NCBI GenBank assembly: GCA_007376295.1
Contig: VMGB01000001.1
Location: 285,969 to 349,968 of the forward strand
Source of the DNA: Parcubacteria group bacterium Gr01-1014_13
GTDB lineage: Bacteria > Patescibacteriota > Patescibacteriia > Magasanikbacterales > GWA2-37-8
Length of the DNA: 64,000 bases
Direction: 5' to 3'
Shown here: positions 20,903-31,383 of the stretch, in pieces
Layout of the letters: every line of letters starts with the position of its first letter
How positions within the stretch are numbered: position 1 is the first letter of the stretch
The notes under the pieces: generated by a model
What the model was told of the DNA's origin: nothing
What the model saw: the letters and a program-made list of their open reading frames with translations, nothing else
The model's database searches: none
Position numbers and translations under genes: made by a program

Positions 20903-21754
20903 ATGAAAAATAATAACTTCAACTCGTTAGCAATATTTGAAACCTATAGAATTCGTCGTGTTTATGATGAACAAAAAGAAACTTGGTATTTTTCGATAAT
21001 TGATATTATTGCCGCGCTTACCGAACAGTCGGATTTTAAAAAAGCAAAAACCTACTGGACAACTCTTAAAAACCGCTTAAAAAACGAAGGAAGTGAAGTG
21101 GTCACAAATTGTGACCAGTTGAAAATGCTGGCTCAGGACGGAAAAATGCGCGAAACTGATGTGGCTAATGTCGAAACAATTTTGAGGTTAATTCAATCCG
21201 TCCCCAGCAAAAAAGCCGAACCAATTAAGATTTGGCTAGCTAAAGTCGGATATGAACGAATGCAGGAAATGACTGATCCGGAAAAGGCATTGAATCGCGG
21301 CCGTGAGTATTGGCAAAAACAAGGCAGAAGCGCAAAGTGGATACAACAAAGAATGACTGGGCAAGAAACCAGAAACAAACTTACGGATTACTGGAGTGAG
21401 AATGGTGTTAAAAAGGGTGATGAATTTGCTATTCTGACAAATATTATTCATGAAGAGTGGAGCGATTTGTCGGTAAAAAATCATAAAAATTTAAAGGGTC
21501 TGAAAACACAGAACTTGCGGGATCATATGAGTGAAGAAGAATTGATTTTTTCCGCCTTGGCCGAACTTTCTACAAGAAGAATCGCTGAAAAAGAAAAAAC
21601 TCATGGCTTGGAAGCCAATAAAGTTCCCGCTAAGAAAGGCGGTAAAATTGCCAAAGACGCGCGAATCGCCTTAGAAAATAAGATCGGCGGAAGCGTGATT
21701 ACGGGTGATAATTTTTTATCAAAGACGAAAAACAAAAAAATAAAATATGAATAA
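20903..21754 (+). CDS. DinD-like DNA-damage-inducible protein with a Bro-N/KilA-N-type N-terminal domain
   Basis: Stretches resemble E. coli DinD: FETYRIRRV..WYFSIIDIIAAL, KMLAQDGKMRE, and the C-terminal NLKGLKTQ...IGG. The upstream extension in the ORF track was rejected. Confidence 0.6.
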   Translation: MKNNNFNSLAIFETYRIRRVYDEQKETWYFSIIDIIAALTEQSDFKKAKTYWTTLKNRLKNEGSEVVTNCDQLKMLAQDGKMRETDVANVETILRLIQSVPSKKAEPIKIWLAKVGYERMQEMTDPEKALNRGREYWQKQGRSAKWIQQRMTGQETRNKLTDYWSENGVKKGDEFAILTNIIHEEWSDLSVKNHKNLKGLKTQNLRDHMSEEELIFSALAELSTRRIAEKEKTHGLEANKVPAKKGGKIAKDARIALENKIGGSVITGDNFLSKTKNKKIKYE

Positions 21755-21766
21755 ACCTCCAATTTT

Positions 21767-23143
21767 ATGTCTCTAAAAATCTACAATACCCTATCCCGCA
21801 AAACAGAAGAATTTAAACCGATAAAAAAAGGCCGCGCTGACATATATGCTTGCGGTCCAACTGTTTACAATTACGCCCATATCGGCAATCTGCGCACATA
21901 TGTTTTTGAAGATATCTTCAAAAGAGTTTTGCAATACAACGGATATAAAGTAAAACATATAATGAATATCACAGACGTTGGCCATCTCACTAGCAATGGC
22001 GACGAAGGTGAAGATAAAATGGAAAAAAGCGCCGAACGTGAAGGTAAAACCGCATGGCAAATTGCCAAATTTTATACCGCGGCATTTCAAAAAGATCTAA
22101 AAGATCTAAATATTTTGCTGCCAAATAAATTTCCTAAAGCGACAGATAATATAAAGGAACAGATTAATTTGATAAAAAAATTGGAACAAAAAGGATTTAC
22201 TTACAAAACTAACGACGGTGTATATTTTGACACTTCAAAATTAACAGATTATGGAAAACTGGCTGGCCTGGACAAACAACAGTTAAAAGCCGGGGCCAGA
22301 GTGGAAATGGGTGAGAAAAAAAATATCACTGATTTTGCTTTGTGGAAATTTTCGCCAAAAGGACAAAAAAGAGAAATGGAATGGCCAAGCCCTTGGGGCG
22401 TAGGCTTCCCTGGTTGGCATATAGAATGCTCGGCAATGGCAACCAAATATCTCGGTCAGCCATTTGATATACATGTGGGGGGCATTGATCACGTATCGGT
22501 GCACCATACCAACGAAATAGCGCAGAGCGAAGCGGCAAATGATAAGCCCTTGGCCAATTACTGGCTACATGGCGAATTTATACTCATGGGCGAAGATAAA
22601 ATGGCCAAATCTGCCGATAATTTTATAACCTTAGACACTTTAAAAGAAAAAGGCATCAATCCCCTCGCCTATCGCTATCTTTTACTCCAAACCCACTACC
22701 GAAAACAGTTGAGTTTTTCTTGGGAAGCATTGGGCGCGGCGCAAAACGGATTGTATCATCTATATAATATTGTCCAAAGCTGGGATAAACCAGGACCAAG
22801 TTGCAATGATTGTGAATTGAAATTTCTAGAAGCAGTAAATAACGATTTGGATATGCCAGCTGCCATGGCCATAATGTGGGATTTAATAAAAAATCCTATC
22901 TTCCCCGGATCTGCCAAAAAAAGAACTATTTTAAAGTTTGATAAAATACTTGGATTAGGATTGGCTAAATTAAAAAAACAAAAAATTAATATACCCACGG
23001 AAATTCAAAATTTAATTGCCGAAAGAGATGGCGCTAGGTTTTCCAAAAACTGGGACAAAAGTGATGAACTTAGAAAAAAAATAGAAACGGCCGGATATAC
23101 TGTTATGGATACACCGGAGGGTACAAAGATTGAAAAAAAATAG
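21767..23143 (+). CDS. cysS: Cysteinyl-tRNA synthetase
   Basis: HIGN (HIGH-type) and KMSKS-equivalent KMAKS motifs. Zinc ligands. 458 aa. Confidence 0.9.
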   Translation: MSLKIYNTLSRKTEEFKPIKKGRADIYACGPTVYNYAHIGNLRTYVFEDIFKRVLQYNGYKVKHIMNITDVGHLTSNGDEGEDKMEKSAEREGKTAWQIAKFYTAAFQKDLKDLNILLPNKFPKATDNIKEQINLIKKLEQKGFTYKTNDGVYFDTSKLTDYGKLAGLDKQQLKAGARVEMGEKKNITDFALWKFSPKGQKREMEWPSPWGVGFPGWHIECSAMATKYLGQPFDIHVGGIDHVSVHHTNEIAQSEAANDKPLANYWLHGEFILMGEDKMAKSADNFITLDTLKEKGINPLAYRYLLLQTHYRKQLSFSWEALGAAQNGLYHLYNIVQSWDKPGPSCNDCELKFLEAVNNDLDMPAAMAIMWDLIKNPIFPGSAKKRTILKFDKILGLGLAKLKKQKINIPTEIQNLIAERDGARFSKNWDKSDELRKKIETAGYTVMDTPEGTKIEKK

Positions 23144-23158
23144 AATTTTACTTAAAAA

Positions 23159-23200
23159 AACCGCGATACAGACGAATCTGTGCGCGGTTTTCTTTTTATT
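23159..23200. terminator. Bidirectional terminator (AACCGCG..ACAGACGAATCTGT..CGCGGTT + T-run)
   Basis: Long hairpin between convergent genes. Confidence 0.5.
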
Positions 23201-23753
23201 TTTTGAGATATTTCTGTCGTGGCTTGATGCTATTAACAAACGATGCGAACATTTTTTCCTGCCTCGGGCTCATTTCCGATAGAGACCCCTCCCCAACTCT
23301 GCTAACCGTAATTTCGGTTTGCGGATGCGAATGAAAAAACATGAAAAATAAATGCTCGTCACCTATGCCGCCACGGAATACAACACGGTTCTGATCCATG
23401 AAGCAATCAATTCTTGTATTTAGCACACAGAAACCATAAGCGACCATACGCTTGGGATCATCAGTTTGGATAACCTCTATCCTAATATGAAACTTCCCCG
23501 AAGGCGAATGTATTAAACGAGCTGAGCATGGCAGACCGTGAATGTTGGTGGTTTCCTGATGAGTGGCATCGCCACACCTATATTCAGGCCCCATACTCCA
23601 ACCCACGGGTTTGGTGAAAATAAACTCGCCAATTCTAACCTTCTCCGCTTTAGGTCGCGGAACACTTTTGTTGAAGACTGGTTCCTTTGAAGCTGTGGAA
23701 TGCCAGCATCCAAATAAAAAGAACAACAGAACCAACGTAAAAATTTTGTTCAT
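23196..23753 (-). CDS. Secreted hypothetical protein (signal peptide MNKIFTLVLLFFLFGCWHSTA). GC-elevated
   Basis: Start reassigned to MNKIF. Cys/His-containing globular domain. No confident family. Confidence 0.5.
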   Translation of the reverse strand: MNKIFTLVLLFFLFGCWHSTASKEPVFNKSVPRPKAEKVRIGEFIFTKPVGWSMGPEYRCGDATHQETTNIHGLPCSARLIHSPSGKFHIRIEVIQTDDPKRMVAYGFCVLNTRIDCFMDQNRVVFRGGIGDEHLFFMFFHSHPQTEITVSRVGEGSLSEMSPRQEKMFASFVNSIKPRQKYLKK

Positions 23754-23859
23754 AACGCCCCTCCTTGACCTGAAATGTAACAAAAAATAACCGCCGAGTC
23801 AAAACGCTGTTGACAAAGGGCTGTTTTGATATAACCTACATACCAGAACGGAGGAAAAC

Positions 23860-24813
23860 ATGAGTTTCAATAAGAAGCGCTGGTTCTTTCCTTTGCTGGC
23901 GCTTGCCGAATTTATTGTAATTCTTTTCTTGATTCCGACAGATTGCGGTCGCACCGAGACCGACAAAAATCTGTCGAATATAAAGGAAACCGACAAATTA
24001 ACCAAAAAAGGTAAGGCTGACCAATTCTGTGAGGGTGATAAATGCCCATCTCTGCCAAACGATAATGACGCAGATGACGAGGCTAATACCGACGAGGTTG
24101 ATAATGTGGTTGTACAAGATGCCGGAATTCAGTCCTGTTCAACTGCAGAAGACTGCGGCTGTGGCTACGGTTGCACAAACAACAAATGCCACAAACTAGC
24201 TTCAGCTTGCTGTGTTGAAGGCGACTGTGGCGCGGGCACGGTCTGCGTTAAAAAAGAAGATCAGCTAAACGGAGAATGCATGATTTCGCAGTGTGACACT
24301 GATAACCAATGCGGTGGCCGATGCGGTGTACGTTGCGAAAATCATCGTTGCAGTCAAACGTATTGCTGCGCAGATTCGGATTGCTCCACAGGAAAATTCT
24401 GCCATATTGAATCTGATCAAACCGAGGGTGTTTGTCTAACATCCCAGTGCAATTCCTATGCTGATTGTGAATGTAATGAGGCATGTGAAGGTCATATCTG
24501 CAGACGTACATATTACTCTGAGAAGCCCATGAAATGCTGCGGCACCGACTTCTACTATGAAGGAGCGTGCCGACCTATTGAATGGATCCAAAATGGACGC
24601 TGTCTAGGAGATGAACACTGTCCTGCAGGCAAAGCCTGCTCAGACAATAACATTTGTCTACCGACGACATGCGCCAACAACGCAGATTGCGGCTGTGAAA
24701 CTGTCTGCCGAAAAGGCCGTTGCTTCCACGGTTGTGATAAAAACAGTGATTGCTGTAATAAAGGTAATGTCTGCGATCGTGGCCAGTGCATACCCCCAGA
24801 TACAGATGAATAA
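23860..24813 (+). CDS. Secreted cysteine-rich repeat protein (tandem CxxDxDCGxGxxC-type modules, ~60 Cys)
   Basis: Signal/TM anchor, then repeated modules such as SCSTAEDCGCGYGCTNNKC and CDTDNQCGGRCGVRC. GGAGG Shine-Dalgarno sequence. Codon GC is visibly higher than in neighbouring genes. Confidence 0.6.
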   Translation: MSFNKKRWFFPLLALAEFIVILFLIPTDCGRTETDKNLSNIKETDKLTKKGKADQFCEGDKCPSLPNDNDADDEANTDEVDNVVVQDAGIQSCSTAEDCGCGYGCTNNKCHKLASACCVEGDCGAGTVCVKKEDQLNGECMISQCDTDNQCGGRCGVRCENHRCSQTYCCADSDCSTGKFCHIESDQTEGVCLTSQCNSYADCECNEACEGHICRRTYYSEKPMKCCGTDFYYEGACRPIEWIQNGRCLGDEHCPAGKACSDNNICLPTTCANNADCGCETVCRKGRCFHGCDKNSDCCNKGNVCDRGQCIPPDTDE

Positions 24814-24855
24814 AAAAATTTAAAAACAAAAATTCGCGCTAAAAACGCGAACGCT

Positions 24856-24880
24856 ACCACGACGATTCGTGGTTTTTTTA
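24856..24880. terminator. Bidirectional terminator (ACCACGA-CGAT-TCGTGGT + T7)
   Basis: 7-bp stem and T-run between convergent genes. Confidence 0.55.
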
Positions 24881-25825
24881 CACCCACTTCTTCTTTTTAA
24901 ACACCAAAAGCATTAACAAAGCACCGGACACGATAAGCCCGATTAATTTAAAAAAACCAAACTGGCTGGAAATAAGAGGCGTTCCGTTAGCATGAACGGC
25001 AAATACTGCGGCCACTAAGCTAAGCGGAAAAGTAATTACCGAAATTATTGTAAGGGTCTTCATTATTTCGTTCATGCGCAACCCAACAACAGATTCATTT
25101 GTTTCATGCAAAGCGTCAACACTTTCTTTTTGGCCTTCCAAGGTATGCCAAATTTCATTTACATGTTCACGAGCATGGTTTATATAACTTTGATACGCCT
25201 GCAAATCCAGTTCACGGCCTCCGCTGGAAATCAGCCGTTCCAAAACAGTTTTGTGTCCTTGCATGGTACGGCGGAAAGTAACTACATTAGTTTTGAGACG
25301 CAAAATTTCTTCGACTGTTTTTCTATCCGGAATCTTAGTGAATAAAATCTTATCAACGGAATTGATATCGTCATTTATATGTAAAAGAATAGGGAAAATC
25401 GAATCCAAAAGCCGGGTTAACAGCTCAAAAAATACCTGGGCGGCCGTACCCCGGAAATATTTATCCCTGCTATCTGTATTTTTTTGGCATTCATTCCAAA
25501 AATTATCGATTACCGGCAAACTGCTGTCATGTACGGTAACTAAATTTTGGCCATTTAAGAAAAAATCGACTTCGGTGAAGCCAAGCCGACGGGTAGTTCG
25601 GTTGAAAACAGGGAAATGCAAGACTGCGAAATAATATCCTTCGCGTTTGACAAACTTTGGGCGTTGAAATGCCGGCATGCTTTCCTTTATATCTTGTTCC
25701 GCCAATTGAAATCTTTTTTGCGCGGCGCGTAAGACTTTTTCCTCTGGTTTGGTAACATTTACCCAAAGCAAACCATTGTTTTGAATTTCATTTATATTTT
25801 TCATAACTATAATATTATACCACAT
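24878..25825 (-). CDS. CorA-family divalent-cation channel homolog that lacks the canonical GMN motif (has AVHANG)
   Basis: C-terminal NEIMKTLTIISVITFPLSLVAAVF...FKKKKWV matches the CorA TM1-loop-TM2 region and KKKW tail, but YGMNF is replaced. Confidence 0.65.
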   Translation of the reverse strand: MWYNIIVMKNINEIQNNGLLWVNVTKPEEKVLRAAQKRFQLAEQDIKESMPAFQRPKFVKREGYYFAVLHFPVFNRTTRRLGFTEVDFFLNGQNLVTVHDSSLPVIDNFWNECQKNTDSRDKYFRGTAAQVFFELLTRLLDSIFPILLHINDDINSVDKILFTKIPDRKTVEEILRLKTNVVTFRRTMQGHKTVLERLISSGGRELDLQAYQSYINHAREHVNEIWHTLEGQKESVDALHETNESVVGLRMNEIMKTLTIISVITFPLSLVAAVFAVHANGTPLISSQFGFFKLIGLIVSGALLMLLVFKKKKWV

Positions 25826-25841
25826 TGTTGCTGATGGTGAA

Positions 25842-26369
25842 ATGTGCTATAATATTTGTGTAGAAATGAAGCTTGTATTTCGTATGGTAGATAAACCAGC
25901 AGAACAAAAATTGTGGCCACAAACAGTCCCCGAAGTTACAGCTCCCCCAGAAGAGCTTGATTTAAAGTTGGAAAAAGAAAGCGTTCCAGAAAATGAGCCG
26001 GTTGAACAAAAAACGGTGCCTGAACAGCCCAGACCACAAAAACCCCGTTCAGCTATCAAACCAAGGCCGGCTATGCCATTACCTGCCAAAGATCCGGTGA
26101 TGGTAAAAATAGAGAAAATAATGGAAGAAGGGCTAAACGACTCTTATCAGCGCCTATCCCCTGTTGCCAAACAGGAATTTAAACTAAAAGGCGAACAGGC
26201 AGCCAGCCAAATCCGGGAACTGTTAAAAAGCACCCATGTAAAAGTCAAAAAAATTCTGCGTTTAATTTTAGACTGGCTGCGAATCCTGCCCGGCATAAAC
26301 CATTTCTTTTTAGAACAAGAAGCAAAAATAAAAACAGACAAAATTATAGCTTTAAAAGAGAAATTCTAG
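25842..26369 (+). CDS. Hypothetical Pro/Glu-rich protein immediately upstream of, and 1 nt from, the coupling-protein gene
   Basis: 175-aa ORF with a low-complexity PEQPRPQKP region and a C-terminal helical part. Confidence 0.45.
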   Translation: MCYNICVEMKLVFRMVDKPAEQKLWPQTVPEVTAPPEELDLKLEKESVPENEPVEQKTVPEQPRPQKPRSAIKPRPAMPLPAKDPVMVKIEKIMEEGLNDSYQRLSPVAKQEFKLKGEQAASQIRELLKSTHVKVKKILRLILDWLRILPGINHFFLEQEAKIKTDKIIALKEKF

Positions 26370-26370
26370 T

Positions 26371-28926
26371 ATGCAAGAAGTTGTAAATTTTTTGATAAAC
26401 TTTTTAAACTCTTTGCTAGAAAGTAATCTTTTTAATTTATTGCTACCTCCGGCTTTTGGGGTGGTGCTTTTAGTTTCTTTTATATACATCCTGCGCGCTA
26501 TATTCATAGTCAAAAGCCGAGAAAGCAAAGCTTTCCATAAAACCGTCATGCTCATAAAAGTTCCTAAAGAAAAGAAGGGAGAAAAAGCGGAATCCATGAA
26601 TTCGGAAGCTAACCTGAATCAGGTACGTGAAGAAATTGCTGTAGCCGAAACCCTTTTTTCGGCCATCGCCGGCCTAAAACGAGAAAGTGGCTTTATTTCT
26701 TGGCTCAAAGGCAGAAACGATCATGTTTCCTTTGAAATCGTGGTAAAAGACAGCAAAATATCATTTTATGTGGCTGTTCCAGATAAAACCAAAGGATTTG
26801 TCGAGCAACAAATTCACGCCCAATACCCGCATGCCGAAATCACCGAAGAGCCGGACTACAATATCTTCAAACCTCAAAGCCATATTGTTGGCGCTTATTT
26901 GTGGCTCAAACACAAATCAGCTTTTCCTTTAAAAACATACAAAAAATTGGATAGCGATCCGCTAATAGCGCTACTTAACCCACTAAGTAAAATATTGGAA
27001 GACGAAGGCGCTATTATTCAATGTGTTGTCCGTCCCGCTACAGGTAAATGGAGACAGCAAGGTGTTGGTTTGATTCGTGATATAAAAAAAGGAGAAAAAT
27101 TTGAGTATGTTGCCAAACGCGGAGCTTTCGGTAAATTTTTTAGCGGCTGGGGTAAATTATTATTCGCCAAAAAGAAAGAAGTTGGTGAACAACATGGCGG
27201 ACAAACTTACCAAATCACGCAAATGGAAGAAGAGATGGTAAAAAACATGGAAGAAAAAATCAGTCGCGGCGGTTTGGAAACAACTTTACGTTTAGTGAGC
27301 TCGGCCAACAACAAAGAAAAAGCGATGTTAAATCTGGAAAATATTATTAACGCCTTTAGCCAATATAACCTATACCGCTACGGCAATACTTTGGCAGCGG
27401 TTATACCTCGCCGACCTAGCGCGCTGATTCGTGATTATATATATCGTTCCATGCGCGATGACAAGTACATGGTGTTTAATACCGAAGAAATGGCTAGTTT
27501 GTGGCATTTACCTGTCCCGAGCACCGAAACTCCCAATATCAACTGGCTGGGGGCGCGCAAAGCTCCACCACCAACCAATATGCCTAAAGAAGGCATTATT
27601 CTTGGCCGGGCTGTTTACCGCGGGGAAGAAACAGTTGTACGAATGAAACGCGAAGACCGCCGCCGTCACCTTTACACTATCGGTAAGTCCGGTAGTGGAA
27701 AATCTGTCTTTATCCAAAACTTAGCAGTACAGGACATTATAAACGGCGAGGGTGTGTGCGTCATTGATCCACACGGAGACTTTGCCGAATATGTTTTGCA
27801 ACATGTACCAAAAGAAAGAGCCGAAGATGTGATTTATTTTAACCCGTCAGATACTGAACGCCCTATCGGCCTAAACATGTTGGAAATATCTTCTGAAGAA
27901 CAAAAAGATTTTGCTACTCAGGAAATGATTGCTATTTTTTATCGTCTCGTGACCGACCCATCGATGATCGGACCAATGTTTGAACATAACATGCGAAATG
28001 TAATGCTTACTTTGATGGCTGATATGGTGAACCCCGGCACTATCGCCGAAATTCCGCGCATGTTTACCGATGATGAATTTGTCGAGCAGTGGAAGAAAAA
28101 ACTTACCGACCCAATGGTGCTGGCTTTCTGGGAAAAAGAAATGGCCAAAACCTCTGATTTCCATAAATCAGAAATGTTGGGATATTTAATTTCCAAAGTC
28201 GGAAGATTTGTGGAAAACGCGATGATCCGAAATATTATTGGCCAGTCCCACTCCGGATTTAACTTCCGAGAAATCATGGATAAGAAAAAAATTCTCATTG
28301 TAAATTTAGCCAAAGGTTTGGTAGGAGAAATAAATTCCAACTTGCTAGGGTTAATTATTGTTTCCAAATTACAAATGACAGCTTTAGAACGAGCCTCTCT
28401 GCCAGAAGAACAACGCAATGATTTTTATCTATATATAGATGAGTTCCAAAACTTTATTACCGAATCTATCGCCACTATTCTTTCCGAAGCGCGTAAATAT
28501 CGCTTAGAATTGATTATCGCCCACCAATATATGAAGCAATTGGAAGACAACAAGGGCAAAACTACAGTGCGCGACGCAGTGCTGGGCAATGCGGGCACGA
28601 TCGTATCTTTCCGTATCGGCGTAGAAGACGCCGAAGTTCTAGCCAAAGAATTCGCCCCTGTATTTAGCGCCTATGATTTAGTAAATGTGGAACAGTACAC
28701 AGCCTATGCCAAACTTCTCATTGACAATACCGCCGCTAAGCCGTTTAATATGCTTACCTACCCTCCCCGCACGGGTAACAAAGAGCTGGCCGCGGCTATT
28801 AAAGAGCTTTCTAGGCTCAAATATGGCCGGCCAAGAGAGATTGTTGAAGCCGAGATAGCGGAAAGAGCCCGATTAGGATCTGTAGTGGCCGAAAGCAACC
28901 CAGCAGTGACTGAAACAAGTCTTTAA
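26371..28926 (+). CDS. VirD4/TraG/TraD-like type IV coupling ATPase with an N-terminal TM and a ~400-aa CPR-type N-domain
   Basis: Walker A GKSGSGKS, Walker B LYIDEFQNF, TraG-D_C-like SEARKYRLELIIAHQYMKQL. 851 aa. Confidence 0.75.
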   Translation: MQEVVNFLINFLNSLLESNLFNLLLPPAFGVVLLVSFIYILRAIFIVKSRESKAFHKTVMLIKVPKEKKGEKAESMNSEANLNQVREEIAVAETLFSAIAGLKRESGFISWLKGRNDHVSFEIVVKDSKISFYVAVPDKTKGFVEQQIHAQYPHAEITEEPDYNIFKPQSHIVGAYLWLKHKSAFPLKTYKKLDSDPLIALLNPLSKILEDEGAIIQCVVRPATGKWRQQGVGLIRDIKKGEKFEYVAKRGAFGKFFSGWGKLLFAKKKEVGEQHGGQTYQITQMEEEMVKNMEEKISRGGLETTLRLVSSANNKEKAMLNLENIINAFSQYNLYRYGNTLAAVIPRRPSALIRDYIYRSMRDDKYMVFNTEEMASLWHLPVPSTETPNINWLGARKAPPPTNMPKEGIILGRAVYRGEETVVRMKREDRRRHLYTIGKSGSGKSVFIQNLAVQDIINGEGVCVIDPHGDFAEYVLQHVPKERAEDVIYFNPSDTERPIGLNMLEISSEEQKDFATQEMIAIFYRLVTDPSMIGPMFEHNMRNVMLTLMADMVNPGTIAEIPRMFTDDEFVEQWKKKLTDPMVLAFWEKEMAKTSDFHKSEMLGYLISKVGRFVENAMIRNIIGQSHSGFNFREIMDKKKILIVNLAKGLVGEINSNLLGLIIVSKLQMTALERASLPEEQRNDFYLYIDEFQNFITESIATILSEARKYRLELIIAHQYMKQLEDNKGKTTVRDAVLGNAGTIVSFRIGVEDAEVLAKEFAPVFSAYDLVNVEQYTAYAKLLIDNTAAKPFNMLTYPPRTGNKELAAAIKELSRLKYGRPREIVEAEIAERARLGSVVAESNPAVTETSL

Positions 28927-28935
28927 TCCCCTTTT

Positions 28936-30510
28936 ATGTCCACAATTTACCGCAAGTACCGCCCTCAACAATTTTCTGATGTTACTGGGCAAGAACATAT
29001 CATAAAAACAATTACTAACGAAGTAAATACAAATAAGATAGCGCATGCCTATCTTTTTTCCGGTCCTCGTGGAACTGGTAAAACCACTCTAGCTCGTTTA
29101 CTAGCTAAAGCAATCAATTGCCCGGATCGTAAAAAAAACGACTATGAACCTTGCGGCACATGCCAATCCTGTACAGAAATTACTGCCGGCCACAGTATAG
29201 ACATAATTGAGATAGACGCGGCCAGCCACACTGGTGTAGACAATGTGCGCGAAAATATTATCGATAACGCGCAATTTAAACCCACAAAATCAAAATACAA
29301 AGTCTTTATTATCGACGAAGTGCACATGCTTTCCACCAGCGCTTTTAATGCGCTGCTAAAGACCTTAGAAGAACCACCAAGTCATGTAATTTTTGTTTTG
29401 GCCACTACTGAACAACACAAGTTGCCAGCCACCATTATTTCCCGTTGCCAACGTTTTAATTTCAAAAGAGTTGGTTACGAGGACATGATGAAACGATTGG
29501 CAGAAATTTGTAAAAGCGAAAAAGTAAAAGTTGATAAAAAAGTTTTGGAACGTATCATAAACAAAAGTGACGGCTGTATGCGTGATGCCGAAAGTTTGTT
29601 GGGACAGGTACTAAGCTTAGATCTAAAAGATATTGGCCCAGAAGACGCAGAAATGATACTGCCCACTTCTAATATTCAAACCGTACTGGAATTTATTGAC
29701 GCAGTCTTTGATAGACAAGTTTCCGTAGCTATAAAAATCCTTCAAGATCAAGTGGCTGATGGCGTAAATCTGGAACAGTTTGCCTATGACTGTTTGGAAG
29801 CCATGCGTTTGCTGATGATTTTACAAATTGATCCCCAAACAAAAAATATAACTGTGGATTATAACAATGAAGCTGTAAAAGAACTCAAAAAAATCTCTGC
29901 AAAAGCTACACCATTGCACCTTGTAAAAATGATTGAATCGTTAGTTTCCCGCCGCCGTGATATAAAATCAGCTCCAATGCCACAATTGCCATTAGAATTA
30001 TTTGTAATAGAATTTACTTGTTCCTCTGATCAAGGTTCTGAGCAACCGCTTGTTATTACAAACAAAGAATCTGTCATGCCACAAAAGGCTTCTCTCAACA
30101 CGATTCAAGATGACAACCAAGAAAAACCATTACATGCCATTACCCAAACCATAAAAGATACTATTTCCACCCTAACCCACAGACCCGTTAAAACAACCAC
30201 AGAAGAAATAAAATCAAAATGGAATGATGTGATCCAAGCAGTGGCCAAAGAAAATCACTCGCTTGGTTTTATATTAAAAATGTGCGATATTAAAGATGTA
30301 AATGATGAGGGCTTGCACTTATCTGTCCCCTACTCTTTTCACAAAGATAAACTAGATGAAAATAAAACGAAAAAAACCATAGAAAAAACTTTGACCGAAT
30401 TTTTTTCTGAACATATACAATTACACTGCGCTGTTTCCGAGAATTCAATACAAAAAAATGATGAGGAATTAAATAAAGTAGCCGCTGATTTTGGCGGTGA
30501 AATAATTTAA
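28936..30510 (+). CDS. dnaX: DNA polymerase III subunit gamma/tau
   Basis: GPRGTGKTT Walker A, DEVHML box, clamp-loader sensor motifs and zinc module CxxC..CxxC. Confidence 0.85.
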   Translation: MSTIYRKYRPQQFSDVTGQEHIIKTITNEVNTNKIAHAYLFSGPRGTGKTTLARLLAKAINCPDRKKNDYEPCGTCQSCTEITAGHSIDIIEIDAASHTGVDNVRENIIDNAQFKPTKSKYKVFIIDEVHMLSTSAFNALLKTLEEPPSHVIFVLATTEQHKLPATIISRCQRFNFKRVGYEDMMKRLAEICKSEKVKVDKKVLERIINKSDGCMRDAESLLGQVLSLDLKDIGPEDAEMILPTSNIQTVLEFIDAVFDRQVSVAIKILQDQVADGVNLEQFAYDCLEAMRLLMILQIDPQTKNITVDYNNEAVKELKKISAKATPLHLVKMIESLVSRRRDIKSAPMPQLPLELFVIEFTCSSDQGSEQPLVITNKESVMPQKASLNTIQDDNQEKPLHAITQTIKDTISTLTHRPVKTTTEEIKSKWNDVIQAVAKENHSLGFILKMCDIKDVNDEGLHLSVPYSFHKDKLDENKTKKTIEKTLTEFFSEHIQLHCAVSENSIQKNDEELNKVAADFGGEII

Positions 30511-30515
30511 TCAAT

Positions 30516-31382
30516 ATGAAAAAATTTGTTATAAAATTTATTGTAACTTTTTCAATATTGATTCTGATGGGATCCGGGTGCAATGCCGCCACCACTACCC
30601 CGCCTTCTCCTTTAAGCACAGCAAAAGAAAAAGTTAATTTGCTTGTACCATATATACCAGAAGCTCCGGAAGGGCTAATGGTAAAACCTTGGAATAATTC
30701 CTGTGAAGAAGCTTCTACAGCCATGCTTGATGAATATTATTTTGGCAACAGAGCCAAGGGGGTTAGTATTCCAAAAGCAAAAAAAATGATACTTGATTAT
30801 ATAAATATCGAAAACAAGCTGTTTGGCTACAATGGCAATACCAATGCCGCCGAAATGACAAAGCTAATAAATGAGTACTCAAAATATTTTGAAGCTACAA
30901 TAAAAACTAACCCGACCTTGGAAGAAATAAAAAATGAACTCGAATCAGGCCGGCCGGTAATCGCCCTGCTCTACGGCAAAGACCTAAACAATCCCCGCAT
31001 CCAGTTTGCCCGTAGCGGTTCTTATTATCATACTTTGGTAATTAAAGGCTTTGATGAGGAAACTAAAGAATTTATCGTAAACGACAACGGCGACTTTAAA
31101 CAAGGCCTTGACTTGCGCTATTCTTATGATACAATCCTAGGCGCTCTGCGTGATTACGATCACAAAACTCAACAAACGGTAAAACCGGCCACAGCGCTAT
31201 TTACCAGCCAGAGAATGCTGGTAAAGACCAAGGACAGCGGCCGAATTTATCTAATTAAAGACAACAAAAAATACCGTATTTCTTCTCCACAGGTCTTTAA
31301 AGATCGCAAGTGGAAATGGAGTTTGGTAATGACTGTTACCAAATCCTGGCTGGATAAATTTGAATCCGGACCGGCGATATAA
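30516..31382 (+). CDS. Lipoprotein with a C39-like (papain-fold) peptidase domain
   Basis: Lipobox LMGSGC. Candidate catalytic Cys (NSCEEAS) and His (YYHTLVIKGFD) arranged as in Peptidase_C39_2. Confidence 0.5.
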   Translation: MKKFVIKFIVTFSILILMGSGCNAATTTPPSPLSTAKEKVNLLVPYIPEAPEGLMVKPWNNSCEEASTAMLDEYYFGNRAKGVSIPKAKKMILDYINIENKLFGYNGNTNAAEMTKLINEYSKYFEATIKTNPTLEEIKNELESGRPVIALLYGKDLNNPRIQFARSGSYYHTLVIKGFDEETKEFIVNDNGDFKQGLDLRYSYDTILGALRDYDHKTQQTVKPATALFTSQRMLVKTKDSGRIYLIKDNKKYRISSPQVFKDRKWKWSLVMTVTKSWLDKFESGPAI

Positions 31383-31383
31383 C

